DNA of 64,000 nucleotides from Bryobacteraceae bacterium (GCA_035509055.1 DATJMA010000036.1:17850-81849); one strand, 5' to 3'; positions 8,884 to 18,800 are shown, numbered from the stretch's first letter. Notes: generated by a model from the letters alone, not told the origin. Made by a program: numbers and translations.

Positions 8884-9537
8884 TCAGTTTTGCGTTGCCC
8901 GGCGGCGGGCCTTCAGGATCTCGATGATGGTGGGGAGTACGGACACAAAGATGATGAGGAGGATCACCTTGTCGAAGTAGTGCTTGACGAAAGGCGTTCC
9001 GCCCAGTTCGTATCCGAGCACCGTCAACAATGTGACGGAACCAAGGCCGCCGCACAAGCTGAATGGTAGGAATCGGAAATAAGGCATCCGCCCAACCCCC
9101 GCCATGAATGCAGCGAAGCTCCGGACAACCGGCAGAAAACGCGCGAACAGAATGGTTTTCCCCCCATATCGCTCGTAAAACGACTGAGTGCGCACCACGT
9201 ATTCCTGTCTGAACAGCAGAGAATCCTTGCGGGAGAAGATGCGTGGTCCCGTTTGCCTGCCCAGCAGGTAACCGGTGGAGTCGCCGATGATGGCCGACAG
9301 TGCAAGCAGGAGAATCACCAGCACGATATTCGAATGTCCGGCTCCTACCACTACTCCCACCGTGAAGAGCATGGAGTCGCCGGGAACAACGATACCTACC
9401 AGCAGGCCGGTTTCGGCAAACACCAGACCGCACAGTGCCGCATATCCCGGCCAACTGGAAAGCAGCAGGCCCAATAGATGAATCAGCCTGTCGGCATTGT
9501 ACAGCGACTTCAGGAACTCGATGATGTCGTGGATCAT
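8884..9537 (-). CDS. DedA/SNARE-associated family membrane protein
   Basis: VFAETGLLVGIVVPGDSMLFTVG, FSRKDSLLFRQEYVVRTQSFYERYGGKTILFARFLPVVRSF: the typical DedA core. 217 aa, multiple TM segments. Confidence 0.85.
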   Translation of the reverse strand: MIHDIIEFLKSLYNADRLIHLLGLLLSSWPGYAALCGLVFAETGLLVGIVVPGDSMLFTVGVVVGAGHSNIVLVILLLALSAIIGDSTGYLLGRQTGPRIFSRKDSLLFRQEYVVRTQSFYERYGGKTILFARFLPVVRSFAAFMAGVGRMPYFRFLPFSLCGGLGSVTLLTVLGYELGGTPFVKHYFDKVILLIIFVSVLPTIIEILKARRRATQN

Positions 9538-9540
9538 CGG

Positions 9541-11472
9541 TTAGCTGCCGGAATGGAAGCTCGCTATGATGCGCTTGATGACGTCCTGGTTGATCTTCAC
9601 CACGCCCTGGCGCTGGAGGTCGTCCACCAGGCCGGTTTCAAAAATGGTATTACGCTCTCGGGCCTTGTCGCCCTTGAGGGAATCGACAAGCTGGGCACGC
9701 TGTTCGGGGAGCTTCGACATGTCGGCATCGACGTGCGCGACGACTTTGGCTATCACCGTAGCATCGGGCATGGGAACGGGATCGAGGATGGCGCCGACGG
9801 CATCGTTGAAAGCTGCGTCGAAATAGCTGGCGGGGCCCAGGCCATCGATGCTGGCCTGGCGCTTGAAGAGTTCCGTGGTTTTTACATCGAGGCCCATGGC
9901 CTTGGCGGCCTTGGCCAAATCGCCGCCGTTATCCCGGGCGGACTTGACGAGTTCGGCGGCCTTATCGCGGACCATCTTTTGGAGACGGATGTTGACCATG
10001 GCGTCGTGGACCTGAGTCTTAACTTCGTCAAAGCTGGCGGGATGCGCAGGCACAATATTGGTCACTTCGGCAACCACCAGTTTGTTGGCAGCGGGCGAGA
10101 CGGGCTGGGATACTTCGCCTTTTTTCAGACCCGTGATTGCCTGATCGAAATCGGCGCTTGTGCCGACACCGGGGACGGGCTGTCCGGGCACCACACCATC
10201 GGCGTGAAAGACTTCCATTCCGAGATCGGCGGCGACCTTATCGGGGTGGTCGGGATCCTTGGTGAGTGCCTGTTGCGCCTGATCGGAGATCTTCTGCATA
10301 ATGTCGTTCACGCGCTGCTGCTTCCACTGTTTGGCGATCTCGTCTTTGACTTCGGAGAAGGGTTTCAGGCGGGCATCCTCGTGCGACAGGACCTGAATGA
10401 TGTGGTATCCATATACCGATTTCACGGGGTCGCTGATGACCATGGGCTTCTGCGAGAATGCGGCCTTCTCGAACGCCGGGTCCATCTGGCCGCGGACCAC
10501 GTTGTCGTATTCGCCGCCCTTCTGAGCGGAGCCGGGATCTTCGGAATATTTCTTGGCCAGCTCGGCGAAATCGGCGCCGGCGCGCAGTTGCTTCACGATG
10601 TCTTCGGCTTTGGCTTTGATCTTGGCGTCGTCGGCGGGGGGCTTGCCTTGCGTCATGAGCAAAATGTGGCGGACGTTGACGTGTTCCTTGGTCTGGTAGT
10701 CGGCCCGGTGCTCATTGTAGATGACCATCAGGTCGGAATCGGTGGGATTGAGGGATTGCGCAATCTTATTGCCATCAGCGACGAGAATGACGAGGCTTTT
10801 GGATTCCGGATCCTGGTAAAGGGCGATATTCGTCTTGAAGTACTGCTGCATCTCCTCGTTGGTGGGCTCGACTTCTTTTTTATATTTGTCCTGGGTGATC
10901 TTGACGTATTGAAGCTGGATCTGATCGTTCTTCTTGTGGTATTCCTTCTCGACCTCGCCGGGTGTCACGACGGAGCCTTCAATGGCTACCTCGCGCAATT
11001 TACCGATGAGCATGGTGCGCTTGAGATCGGATTCGAACTGGTCGATGGTCACACCCTGTTGAGCAAGCATGGCGCCGTAGACATCTTTGCCGACGAATTT
11101 GCCGTCGGGGAAGAGGTTCGGGTAGCTCTGCCGGAGGTAGTCGGCCACGTCCTTATCGGAAACTTCCAGGCCGAGCTTGTGGGCCTCATATTCCATGGCA
11201 CGATCGCTGATCATGTTCTGGATCATGTTGGGGACGTAGTTGGGGATGATTTCCGCGGGGATCTTTTGGCCACGAGTCTGGGTGGTGATGTTCTGGCGGG
11301 CTTCGTTCTCGGTGATGCTGGTGCTGCCGATCTTGGCAACGACGGCGTTGGGCCCGTTGTCGCCGGTGTCGTAGCTGGGCACGAGGTATAGCAGCATCGA
11401 TGCCGAGACCAGCAGCAGAATGCCGGTCATCACGTACTTCTTGGCCTTTTGGGAATTAAACAAATCAAACAT
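9541..11472 (-). CDS. periplasmic chaperone PpiD-like peptidyl-prolyl isomerase (SurA_N + parvulin domain)
   Basis: N-terminal TM anchor (KKYVMTGILLLVSASMLLYLV). Parvulin core VNVRHILL...AKAEDIVKQLRAGADFAELAKKYSEDPGSAQKGGEY...GYHIIQV. Confidence 0.8.
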   Translation of the reverse strand: MFDLFNSQKAKKYVMTGILLLVSASMLLYLVPSYDTGDNGPNAVVAKIGSTSITENEARQNITTQTRGQKIPAEIIPNYVPNMIQNMISDRAMEYEAHKLGLEVSDKDVADYLRQSYPNLFPDGKFVGKDVYGAMLAQQGVTIDQFESDLKRTMLIGKLREVAIEGSVVTPGEVEKEYHKKNDQIQLQYVKITQDKYKKEVEPTNEEMQQYFKTNIALYQDPESKSLVILVADGNKIAQSLNPTDSDLMVIYNEHRADYQTKEHVNVRHILLMTQGKPPADDAKIKAKAEDIVKQLRAGADFAELAKKYSEDPGSAQKGGEYDNVVRGQMDPAFEKAAFSQKPMVISDPVKSVYGYHIIQVLSHEDARLKPFSEVKDEIAKQWKQQRVNDIMQKISDQAQQALTKDPDHPDKVAADLGMEVFHADGVVPGQPVPGVGTSADFDQAITGLKKGEVSQPVSPAANKLVVAEVTNIVPAHPASFDEVKTQVHDAMVNIRLQKMVRDKAAELVKSARDNGGDLAKAAKAMGLDVKTTELFKRQASIDGLGPASYFDAAFNDAVGAILDPVPMPDATVIAKVVAHVDADMSKLPEQRAQLVDSLKGDKARERNTIFETGLVDDLQRQGVVKINQDVIKRIIASFHSGS

Positions 11473-11622
11473 TTACGTACAAACTCCTAGTCGATACGAG
11501 AGCTTGGGGAAATTCCAGTATAGGACATGCCGCGGCAATGTGCTGGATGGGCGGATTTCGCTCCTGGTGGGAGGGCGCCGCGGATGTGCCCCGAGAGCGG
11601 CAAGCCCGCACGGCTCACGTTG

Positions 11623-12395
11623 TCACTTCACGTCGACACCAAACAAGGCGAGGCCGGCGGCTTGGTTGCCGTTAGTCTCGACCAGTTCCATGGTTGTCGT
11701 CTTTTGGGGCGCGATGAAGTTGATCTGGAAGATGCCGGCCGCCAATCGGTATGCGGCGCCGTCGAAGAGGAAGGACGTCTGGCCCGAGGCGAGGCAATGG
11801 GTAGAGGACCATGGCTGAACCCGCCGGAGCAGGATTGGATGGCGTGTTCGTTGTGAAATCCAGGTTGAAAACGCCAAGAATCTGCGGCACGCCCTGCACC
11901 CACCGCAATCTCCACCGGATTCGATTTCCGACGGAGGTACTGGACCTGGACGCTGGTGCGGGTTTTGCCGGCCAATTCGAACGGCGCAATCAATTCGATC
12001 TCCTGGGCGCCGGCAAGCAGGATTGGGGCCGCAATTTGGAAAATCGTATTCCAGTTGCGCCTGATTGGCGTGAAAGACCACATCGATGACGGGATAATGC
12101 CACGCCACTCGACGCTGCCATAAAGACCGTAAGAGGCACGGATATTGTTGCCGATGAGGTAATTGGCTCTGCCCGCCATGTGGCCCAGGGGCTCGAGCAA
12201 CGAATTGGCGTTTTGGCCGGCGACCGACATGGTAACGGAGTGGCCACTCAGGCTCAGCACCGCCGAGTGTGAATAGACGGACAGGCTATAGCTCGCGCCC
12301 CGCGCGAGGTACTGGGCGCCGCGCGCCTCGATACCCAGCAGGCTCGCGCCGGGACACGACAGGGAAAAGATGTATCTCAGAACGAGATCGCGCAC
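11623..12395 (-). pseudogene. decayed gene: N-terminal 'QLEYDF'-type beta-propeller protein leader fused to a TIGR03437-like (Solibacter C-terminal) domain, broken over three frames
   Basis: Three overlapping minus-strand ORFs (11628..12395, 11672..11989, 11623..12108) each carry consecutive conserved pieces. See the finding at this locus. Confidence 0.5.
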
Positions 12396-12452
12396 ACGAT
12401 TCTCCGATGCGTGACGCAGAAGGAGCCTTTATTTAAGCACCCGATGGATGGT

Positions 12453-12629
12453 TCAGGATGGATCAGTCGGGTTCGCCTTCTCGCGCCGGTGCATCAGGTG
12501 GTGAAGGGCGAAGGGAACTTCGTCCGGGTGCGCCGCGGACCAGGCGACGAGGCGCTCGAACTTGATGGTGTCGTCGGCGATAGCGCTGATTTCCATCAGC
12601 TCATTTTCGATGGTCTCGGGATCGCGCAT
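12453..12629 (-). CDS. small hypothetical protein (58 aa), below the ORF-track size cutoff
   Basis: My translation of the reverse strand: MRDPETIENELMEISAIADDTIKFERLVAWSAAHPDEVPFALHHLMHRREKANPTDPS*. By my count about 80% G/C at third codon positions, much stronger than the opposite-strand ORF 12411..12686. No clear SD. Confidence 0.35.
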   Translation of the reverse strand: MRDPETIENELMEISAIADDTIKFERLVAWSAAHPDEVPFALHHLMHRREKANPTDPS

Positions 12630-12676
12630 AGATGTTTTCAGGATGGCATAGTTGGGCGAGAGCGGTTGCTCCCAAA

Positions 12677-12697
12677 GATGATCTGATTAAAATCATC
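12677..12697. promoter_or_regulatory. AT-rich inverted repeat GATGAT-ctgattaaa-ATCATC (inner TGATT-aa-AATCA), candidate operator
   Basis: Perfect 6-bp arms seen directly. Lies between the divergent small ORF and the PadR gene, in an otherwise GC-rich context. Confidence 0.3.
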
Positions 12698-12734
12698 GGC
12701 GATTCCCGCTAACCGATCGGTATTTCGAGCGTTT

Positions 12735-12740
12735 CATAAT
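12735..12740 (+). promoter_or_regulatory. candidate -10 element CATAAT, 10 nt upstream of the PadR ATG
   Basis: gtttCATAATcagacgctctATG. No good -35 was found. Confidence 0.2.
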
Positions 12741-12750
12741 CAGACGCTCT

Positions 12751-13092
12751 ATGGGAACAGAGAAAACCAAGGCCGACCTGCTGCCCGGAACGCTGGACAT
12801 GCTGGTTTTGAAAATTCTGCTTCGTGGGCATTTGCACGGGTACGCCATCGCGCATCTGATTCACCAGTTGTCCGACGACCTGCTGCGGGTGGAAGAGGGG
12901 TCGCTTTATCCGGCGCTCCAGCGCCTGGAGTTGAACGGCTGGATCGAGGGCGAGTGGGGGCTTTCCGCCAACAACCGGCGGGCGCGCTTTTATAAGCTCA
13001 CAGCCGGCGGGCGTAAACACCTGGCGGAAGAATCGGCCCGTTACCGGCAAGTGACCGGAGCGGTAGCGCGAATCATGGGGTTCGCGGTGTGA
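12751..13092 (+). CDS. PadR family transcriptional regulator (acidobacterial type)
   Basis: LLPGTLDMLVLKILLRGHLHGYAIAHLIHQLSDDLLRVEEGSLYPALQRLELNGWIEGEWG...RRARFYKLTAGGRKHL: the canonical PadR wHTH. GTGA overlap with the downstream permease. Confidence 0.9.
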   Translation: MGTEKTKADLLPGTLDMLVLKILLRGHLHGYAIAHLIHQLSDDLLRVEEGSLYPALQRLELNGWIEGEWGLSANNRRARFYKLTAGGRKHLAEESARYRQVTGAVARIMGFAV

Positions 13093-15719
13093 ATTGGAAG
13101 CGTTTTCTACGCCGCGCAGGCTACTGGCTCGACCGCGGTGGAAGGGCTCGCCTGTTGTGGGAGGAAATGGAGTTCCACATCGATTCGATGGTTGAGGACC
13201 TGGTTTCGCAAGGTATCTCGGAGGCGGAAGCTCGCAAATTGGCGCGGCGAAAGTTCGGCAATATGACAGAAAAAGCGGAAGAAGCTCGATCTACCTGGAT
13301 CGCGCGTTGGATGGGCGATCTGGTACAGGATTTGCGCCAGGCATTTCGCGGCATGCGGCGGGATGCGGGGTTTGCGGTATTTACGATTCTCATCGCCGGA
13401 CTGGGCATCGGCGCCAGTTCGACGATTTTCAGCGTGGTGAATGCGCTGCTGGTTCGGCCGCTGCCGTTTCGCGATCCGGGACGGCTGGTATGGATTTCCA
13501 ATGGCGATGATGGGACGGCGGCGCAGACCGAACAGTTCGTAGACCTGCGCGAGTTGAACCGGTCGTTCACCGATTTGGCTGGTTGGTCGGGGTTCTATTT
13601 TCCGGGCGACCACGAACTCACGGGGGCGGCCGAGCCGGAGCGGCTCACCAGCGTTCCGGTGACCGGGAACCTGTTTGCGGTGCTGGGAGTGCAACCCGCA
13701 ATCGGAAGGACGTTCACTCGCGAGGAATGCCAGGGAAAGTATTCGGCTCCGCCGGCCATGCTCTTGAGCAACAACTTTTGGCGGCTGCACTTCGGTGCGG
13801 ACCCCAACGTGGTCGGACGGAAGCTGATTTTAGACGAACATCCGGTGACGATTGCTGGGGTGATGCCGGCGACGTTCGATTTCGCCAGCGTGTTTGCTCC
13901 GGCCACCCCGGTCGACATTTTTATTCCCTGGCCGCTCGACGACAAAACGAAACCCCTGGGAAACACGATGAAGGTGGTGGGAAGATTGAAGCCCGGCGCA
14001 ACCATCGAAGGTGCGCAGGCCGAGATGGCAGCGCTGGGGAAGCAACTGAAAAGCCAGCATCCCGAGCGGAACCCGATTACGCCAATCCTGTCTCCGCTGG
14101 CGGAGCGGGTGAGCGGACGAGTGACGCCGGCGCTGGTGGTGCTGGCTTGCGCGGTGGGTGTAGTGATGCTGCTGGTGTGCGCCAATCTTTCGAACCTGCA
14201 ACTGGCGCGGTTGAGCGTCCGGCAGAAGGAAACCGCGCTGCGAACCGCGTTGGGAGCCGGACGTTGGCGGCTTCTGCGCCAGATGCTGACGGAGAGTGTG
14301 GCGCTATGCTCATGTGGCGCGGTGTTGGGACTGGTGCTCGCGCTCGTGAGCACGCGCGCGCTGGCACATCTCCAAACCTTCAATCTCCCGTTGCTCGCAA
14401 GCGTGCGCGTCGATGGAAAGACGCTTGTCTTTACGCTGTTCGCCGCGGTTGCGTCCGGCGTTCTTTTTGGGCTGTTGCCGGCGTTGCGGGTCTCGGCCCA
14501 GTCTCTGAGCGGCGAGTTACAGGACGCGAGCCGCGGATCGAGCGGGGGCAGGCGGCATGGGTGGGTGCGTGACGGGCTGGTGGTTTCGGAGCTGGCTTTA
14601 GCCTGCGTGCTGCTGGTGGGCGCGGGACTGCTGGCGCGGAGTTTTCTCCGAGTGCTCGATGTGAATTTGGGATTTGCGCCGGAGCGGGCGGCGGCGCTAC
14701 GGGTCGATCCGAGTTTTCGGATTGCGGATTTCGCGGAGCAAAACGGGTTCATCGACGACCTGCTGCGGCGCGCGCGCAATGCGCCCGGGATTTTGGCGGC
14801 GGGGATTACCGATGCGCTGCCGCTGCGCGACGACCGGTCGTGGATGGTCGCCGCGCGAGGACAGATTTACGAGAAAGGGCGCCAGCCGGAGGCATATGTT
14901 CGCGTGGTGAGCGACGGGTATTTCCAAGCGGCGGGTATTCCGCTGCGGTTGGGCCGAGGATTTACGGAGAGGGATCGGGCAACGAGCGAACGCGTGGTGG
15001 TGGTGAACGAGACGATGGCGCGAACGCTTTGGCCGGGGCAGGATCCGGTGGGAAAAACGATCGAGACCGATGGCGGACGGCGAGTGGTGGGCGTAGTTGC
15101 CGACGTCCGGCACAGCTCTCTGGAATCGGCGGGAGGCTTAGAAATGTATCTGCCGATGCGGCAGACGGGGGACTATGCGGCGATGCAACTGGTGGTGCGC
15201 ACGGCTCTTCCTCCGGACCGGCTGGCGGCGGAGTTGCGAACGGCCCTGCGGCCGGCCGATCCGAATCTGCCGGTCCGCGAGTTTCAGACGTTCCAGGCTC
15301 TGGTGGACAGAGCGGTTTCGCCGCGGCTGTTTCTGGTGGTGCTGCTGGCCGGGTTCGCTACTTTTGCGCTGGCGCTGGCGTCGCTGGGGATTTACGCGGT
15401 AATTTCGTTTTCGGTGAGCCAACGGGCCCAGGAAATTGGAATTCGGATGGCGCTGGGAGCGTCGTCCGCGGAGGTGCAAGGCAGGATCGTGCTTCGGACC
15501 TTGGGATTGGCGGCATTGGGGCTGGCGTTGGGAATGGCGGCGGCGCGGATTTTATCGGGTGCCCTGGGTAGCCTGTTATTCGGAGTCACGTCCGGCGATG
15601 CGGTGACGTTTGTTGCCATGGGAGCGCTGCTGACCGTAGTGGCGGCGTTCGCTGGCTATATTCCGGCATGGCGGGCGTCGCGGATCGATCCCATGACAGC
15701 GCTGCGATCGAACGGATAG
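13089..15719 (+). CDS. MacB-like duplicated FtsX permease (ADOP family), with N-terminal 'permease prefix' domain
   Basis: 876 aa. DLRQAFRGMRRDAGFAVFTILIAGLGIGASSTIFSVVNALLVRPLPF. Two MacB periplasmic-core + FtsX halves. C-terminal IPAWRASRIDPMTALR. Confidence 0.9.
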   Translation: MNWKRFLRRAGYWLDRGGRARLLWEEMEFHIDSMVEDLVSQGISEAEARKLARRKFGNMTEKAEEARSTWIARWMGDLVQDLRQAFRGMRRDAGFAVFTILIAGLGIGASSTIFSVVNALLVRPLPFRDPGRLVWISNGDDGTAAQTEQFVDLRELNRSFTDLAGWSGFYFPGDHELTGAAEPERLTSVPVTGNLFAVLGVQPAIGRTFTREECQGKYSAPPAMLLSNNFWRLHFGADPNVVGRKLILDEHPVTIAGVMPATFDFASVFAPATPVDIFIPWPLDDKTKPLGNTMKVVGRLKPGATIEGAQAEMAALGKQLKSQHPERNPITPILSPLAERVSGRVTPALVVLACAVGVVMLLVCANLSNLQLARLSVRQKETALRTALGAGRWRLLRQMLTESVALCSCGAVLGLVLALVSTRALAHLQTFNLPLLASVRVDGKTLVFTLFAAVASGVLFGLLPALRVSAQSLSGELQDASRGSSGGRRHGWVRDGLVVSELALACVLLVGAGLLARSFLRVLDVNLGFAPERAAALRVDPSFRIADFAEQNGFIDDLLRRARNAPGILAAGITDALPLRDDRSWMVAARGQIYEKGRQPEAYVRVVSDGYFQAAGIPLRLGRGFTERDRATSERVVVVNETMARTLWPGQDPVGKTIETDGGRRVVGVVADVRHSSLESAGGLEMYLPMRQTGDYAAMQLVVRTALPPDRLAAELRTALRPADPNLPVREFQTFQALVDRAVSPRLFLVVLLAGFATFALALASLGIYAVISFSVSQRAQEIGIRMALGASSAEVQGRIVLRTLGLAALGLALGMAAARILSGALGSLLFGVTSGDAVTFVAMGALLTVVAAFAGYIPAWRASRIDPMTALRSNG

Positions 15720-15721
15720 AA

Positions 15722-15763
15722 GGGCACGGTCCAAAGGGCACGGTCCAAAGGGTACGGTCCAAG
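15722..15763. repeat. 14-bp direct tandem repeat x3 (GGGCACGGTCCAAA, GGGCACGGTCCAAA, GGGTACGGTCCAAG)
   Basis: Read directly. Begins 2 nt after the permease stop codon and ends 45 nt before the ATG at 15809. Confidence 0.9.
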
Positions 15764-15808
15764 CGGGCTTCCGGCGTCCGAATTTGATAGGATTAGCACC
15801 AATCCCGG

Positions 15809-18800
15809 ATGCCTGTGAACATCAAAAATGTGCTCCTGGCCGGCTCTGTCGCCGCGCTGGTCTTTCAGTGGAGGGCGCCGGCGCAAGACGATTCCCTGGG
15901 CCGTCAGGCCCAGGCGATATTGGCCGAATCCTGCTACGGCTGCCACGGGTCGGGACAGCAGATGGCGGGATTGAGGCTCGATACCGGGGTAAAAGCGGTG
16001 GTATCGCCGGGCAATTCCGCCGGCAGCCTGCTGATGAAGCGCGTCAAAGGCGCTGACGGTCTGGAGCGCATGCCGATGGGCGCGCCCGCCTTGTCCGCCG
16101 AGAAACTCGCGACGCTGGCGAGGTGGATCGACGCCGGCGCGGTGCTTCCGGCCTCGGCGCGGCATTGGGCGTTCATCCCCCCGGTGCGTCCGCCGGTTCC
16201 GGCGACGAGCCGTCCGGAGTGGGTGCGCAATCCCATTGACGCCTTTGTCGAGTCGCGGCTCGACCGCGATAGCCTCAAGCCATCGCCCGAGGCAGATCGC
16301 GCGGCGCTGCTGCGCCGCGCCAGCCTGGACATCACGGGGCTGCTGCCTACTCCCGCCGAACTCGACAGGTTTCTCGCCGATTCCAGTCCCAATGCCTACG
16401 AAAAACAGGTGGACCGCCTGTTGGCGTCGCCGCATTACGGCGAGCGCTGGGCGCGCGTCTGGTTGGACGCGGCGCGCTATGCGGATTCCAACGGGTATGA
16501 AAAAGATGCGCCGCGCCTGGTTTGGTTCTACCGCGATTGGGTGATCGATTCGCTCAATCGAGATATGCCGTATAACGAGTTCGTCATCGAGCAGGTTGCC
16601 GGCGACCTGCTGCCGGACGCCACCCAATCGCAACGGGTCGCGACGGGGTTCCTGCGCAATTCCATGGTGAACGAAGAGGGCGGCATCGACCCCGAGCAGT
16701 TCCGCATGGAAGCAATGTACGACCGCATCGACGCCATCGGCAAGGGCATTCTGGGGGTGACGATTCAGTGCGCGCAGTGCCACAACCACAAATTCGATCC
16801 GCTGACGCAGGAGGAATATTACCGGATTTTCGCCTTCCTCAATAACACGAACGAATCGGACATTGTGGTCTACACTCCCGCCGAGCAGTCGAAGCGCGAG
16901 GAGATTCTGCGCCGGACCGCTGAGATCGAGGCCGGATTGCAGCGGCGCACGCCCGATTGGCGCGAGCGTATGGCGAAATGGGAAGAGGCGCTGCCGGCGC
17001 AGCCCGCGTGGCGAACGCTGGCGCTCACGGTGGACGACATCTCGACAGGCGGCGAGCGCGAACTGCCGCAGCAGGACGGATCGATGCTGTCGCTGGGATA
17101 TGCGCCAACCAAGCACACGGTGAAATTCACGGCGACGACCGGCATGGAGCGGATTACCGCCGTGCGGCTGGAATTGTTGATGGATCCGAACCTGCCTGCC
17201 GGCGGACCGGGACGGTCGATTCACGGAACGGGCGCTCTCACGGAATTCCGCGTGGAGGCTGCTTCGGTCGAGGAACCGGCGAAGTTCACGAAAGTGACCA
17301 TCGCCAGCGCGACGGCCGACGTCAACCCGCCGGAAACGCCGCTGGAGGCGAAGTTCGACGACAAGAGCGGGAACCGGCGCGTCACCGGGCCGGTGCAGTT
17401 CGCAATCGACGGGCGTGACGACACGGCGTGGGGAATCGATGCCGGACCGGGGCAGCGCAATCAGCCGCGCAAGGCGGTTTTCGATTTCGAAAAGCCGGTG
17501 GAGAACGCCGGCGGGTCGACGCTCAATCTATATCTGAAGCAGGACCACGGCGGATGGAATTCGGACGACAACCAGAACAACAACCTGGGGCGAATCCGGC
17601 TATCGGTGACGGATGCGCCGGGTGCGGTGGCCGATCCGCTGCCGGATGCGGTGCGCGCGATTCTGAAGACGCCGCGCGCGCAGCGGACCGCTGAACAGCA
17701 GCAGACCGTGTTCCGCTACTGGCGGACTACCGTGCCCGAGTGGAAGGCCGAGAACGGCGCCATCGCGCAGTTGTGGCGCGAGTACCCCGAAGGATCGCGG
17801 CAACTGGTGCTGGCGGAGCGTACGGAAGATCCTCGCGTGACGCACATCCTGAAGCGCGGCGATTTTCTCCAGCCCGGCCGCGCGGTGACGCCGGGCGTGC
17901 CCTCGTTCCTGAATCCTCTGCCGGACGGCGCGCCGCTGAATCGCCTGACATTCGCGCGCTGGCTGGTGGACCGGAAATCGCCGACCACGGCGCGCTCCCT
18001 TGTGAATCGTGTGTGGCAAGCGTACTTCGGGACCGGGATTGTGGCGACCGTGGAAAACCTGGGGACGCAGGCCGAGACACCTTCCAACCAGGAACTGCTC
18101 GATTGGCTGGCGGTGGAGTTCATGGATTCGGGCTGGAGCCTGAAGAAGCTCAACCGCTTGATTGCCACGTCGGCAGCGTACCGGCAAAGCTCGAATGTAA
18201 CGCCGGAACTGCTGACCAAGGATCCGGACAACCGGTTGATCGCGCGCGGCCCCCGGTATCGCGTGGACGCCGAGGTGGTGCGCGACATCGCTTTGGAGGC
18301 GAGCGGGCTGCTGACCGACAAGATCGGCGGGCCGAGCGTCTATCCGCCCGCGCCATCGCTGCTTTTCGAGCCGCCGGCAAGCTACGCGCACAAGACTTGG
18401 AACGTGGCCGAAGGACCCGACCGGTACCGGCGTGCGCTCTACACGTTTCGTTTCCGATCGGTGCCGTTTCCGGCGCTGCAGGCCTTCGACGCGCCGAACG
18501 GAGAGATGGCGTGCGTGCGCCGGGCGCGATCGAACACTCCGCTGCAGGCGCTCACCACGCTGAACGAGCCGGTATTTGTGGAAGCGGCGCAGGCATTGGC
18601 GGCGCGGACGCTGAAAGCAGGCGGGACCGATCGCGATCGGGTGGCGTACGCATTTCGTTTGTGCACCTCACGCGTTCCGACGAAGGCCGAGAGCGACGTG
18701 CTGCTCAGCCTGCTGGCCAAGGAAGACGCCCGCCTGGCGGATGGGTGGCTGAGCGCACCCGATCTGGCTGGGCTGAAGCCGGGCGCGGGCTCCGTCCCGG

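Noticed and set aside
9478-11391. 637-aa plus-strand ORF exactly antisense to the ppiD-like gene. Similar long antisense ORFs occur at 509..1708, 1536..2756, 3549..4673, 15656..17224, 38173..40161, 47893..49362, 51647..53182, 54669..55850 and 62709..63764.
   Set aside because: In GC-rich genomes the complements of stop codons (TTA, CTA, TCA) are rare codons, so long open antisense frames arise by chance. The translations are repetitive and low-information (G/V/D/H/L or R/A/G rich) and lack any recognisable motif, while the sense genes are clearly identified.
12411-12686. Plus-strand 91-aa ORF in the gap before the PadR gene
   Set aside because: Weak third-position GC bias (many TTA, TTT, GGT, TCA and AGT codons). 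The opposite-strand 58-aa ORF explains the open frame better. Neither has a recognised homolog.
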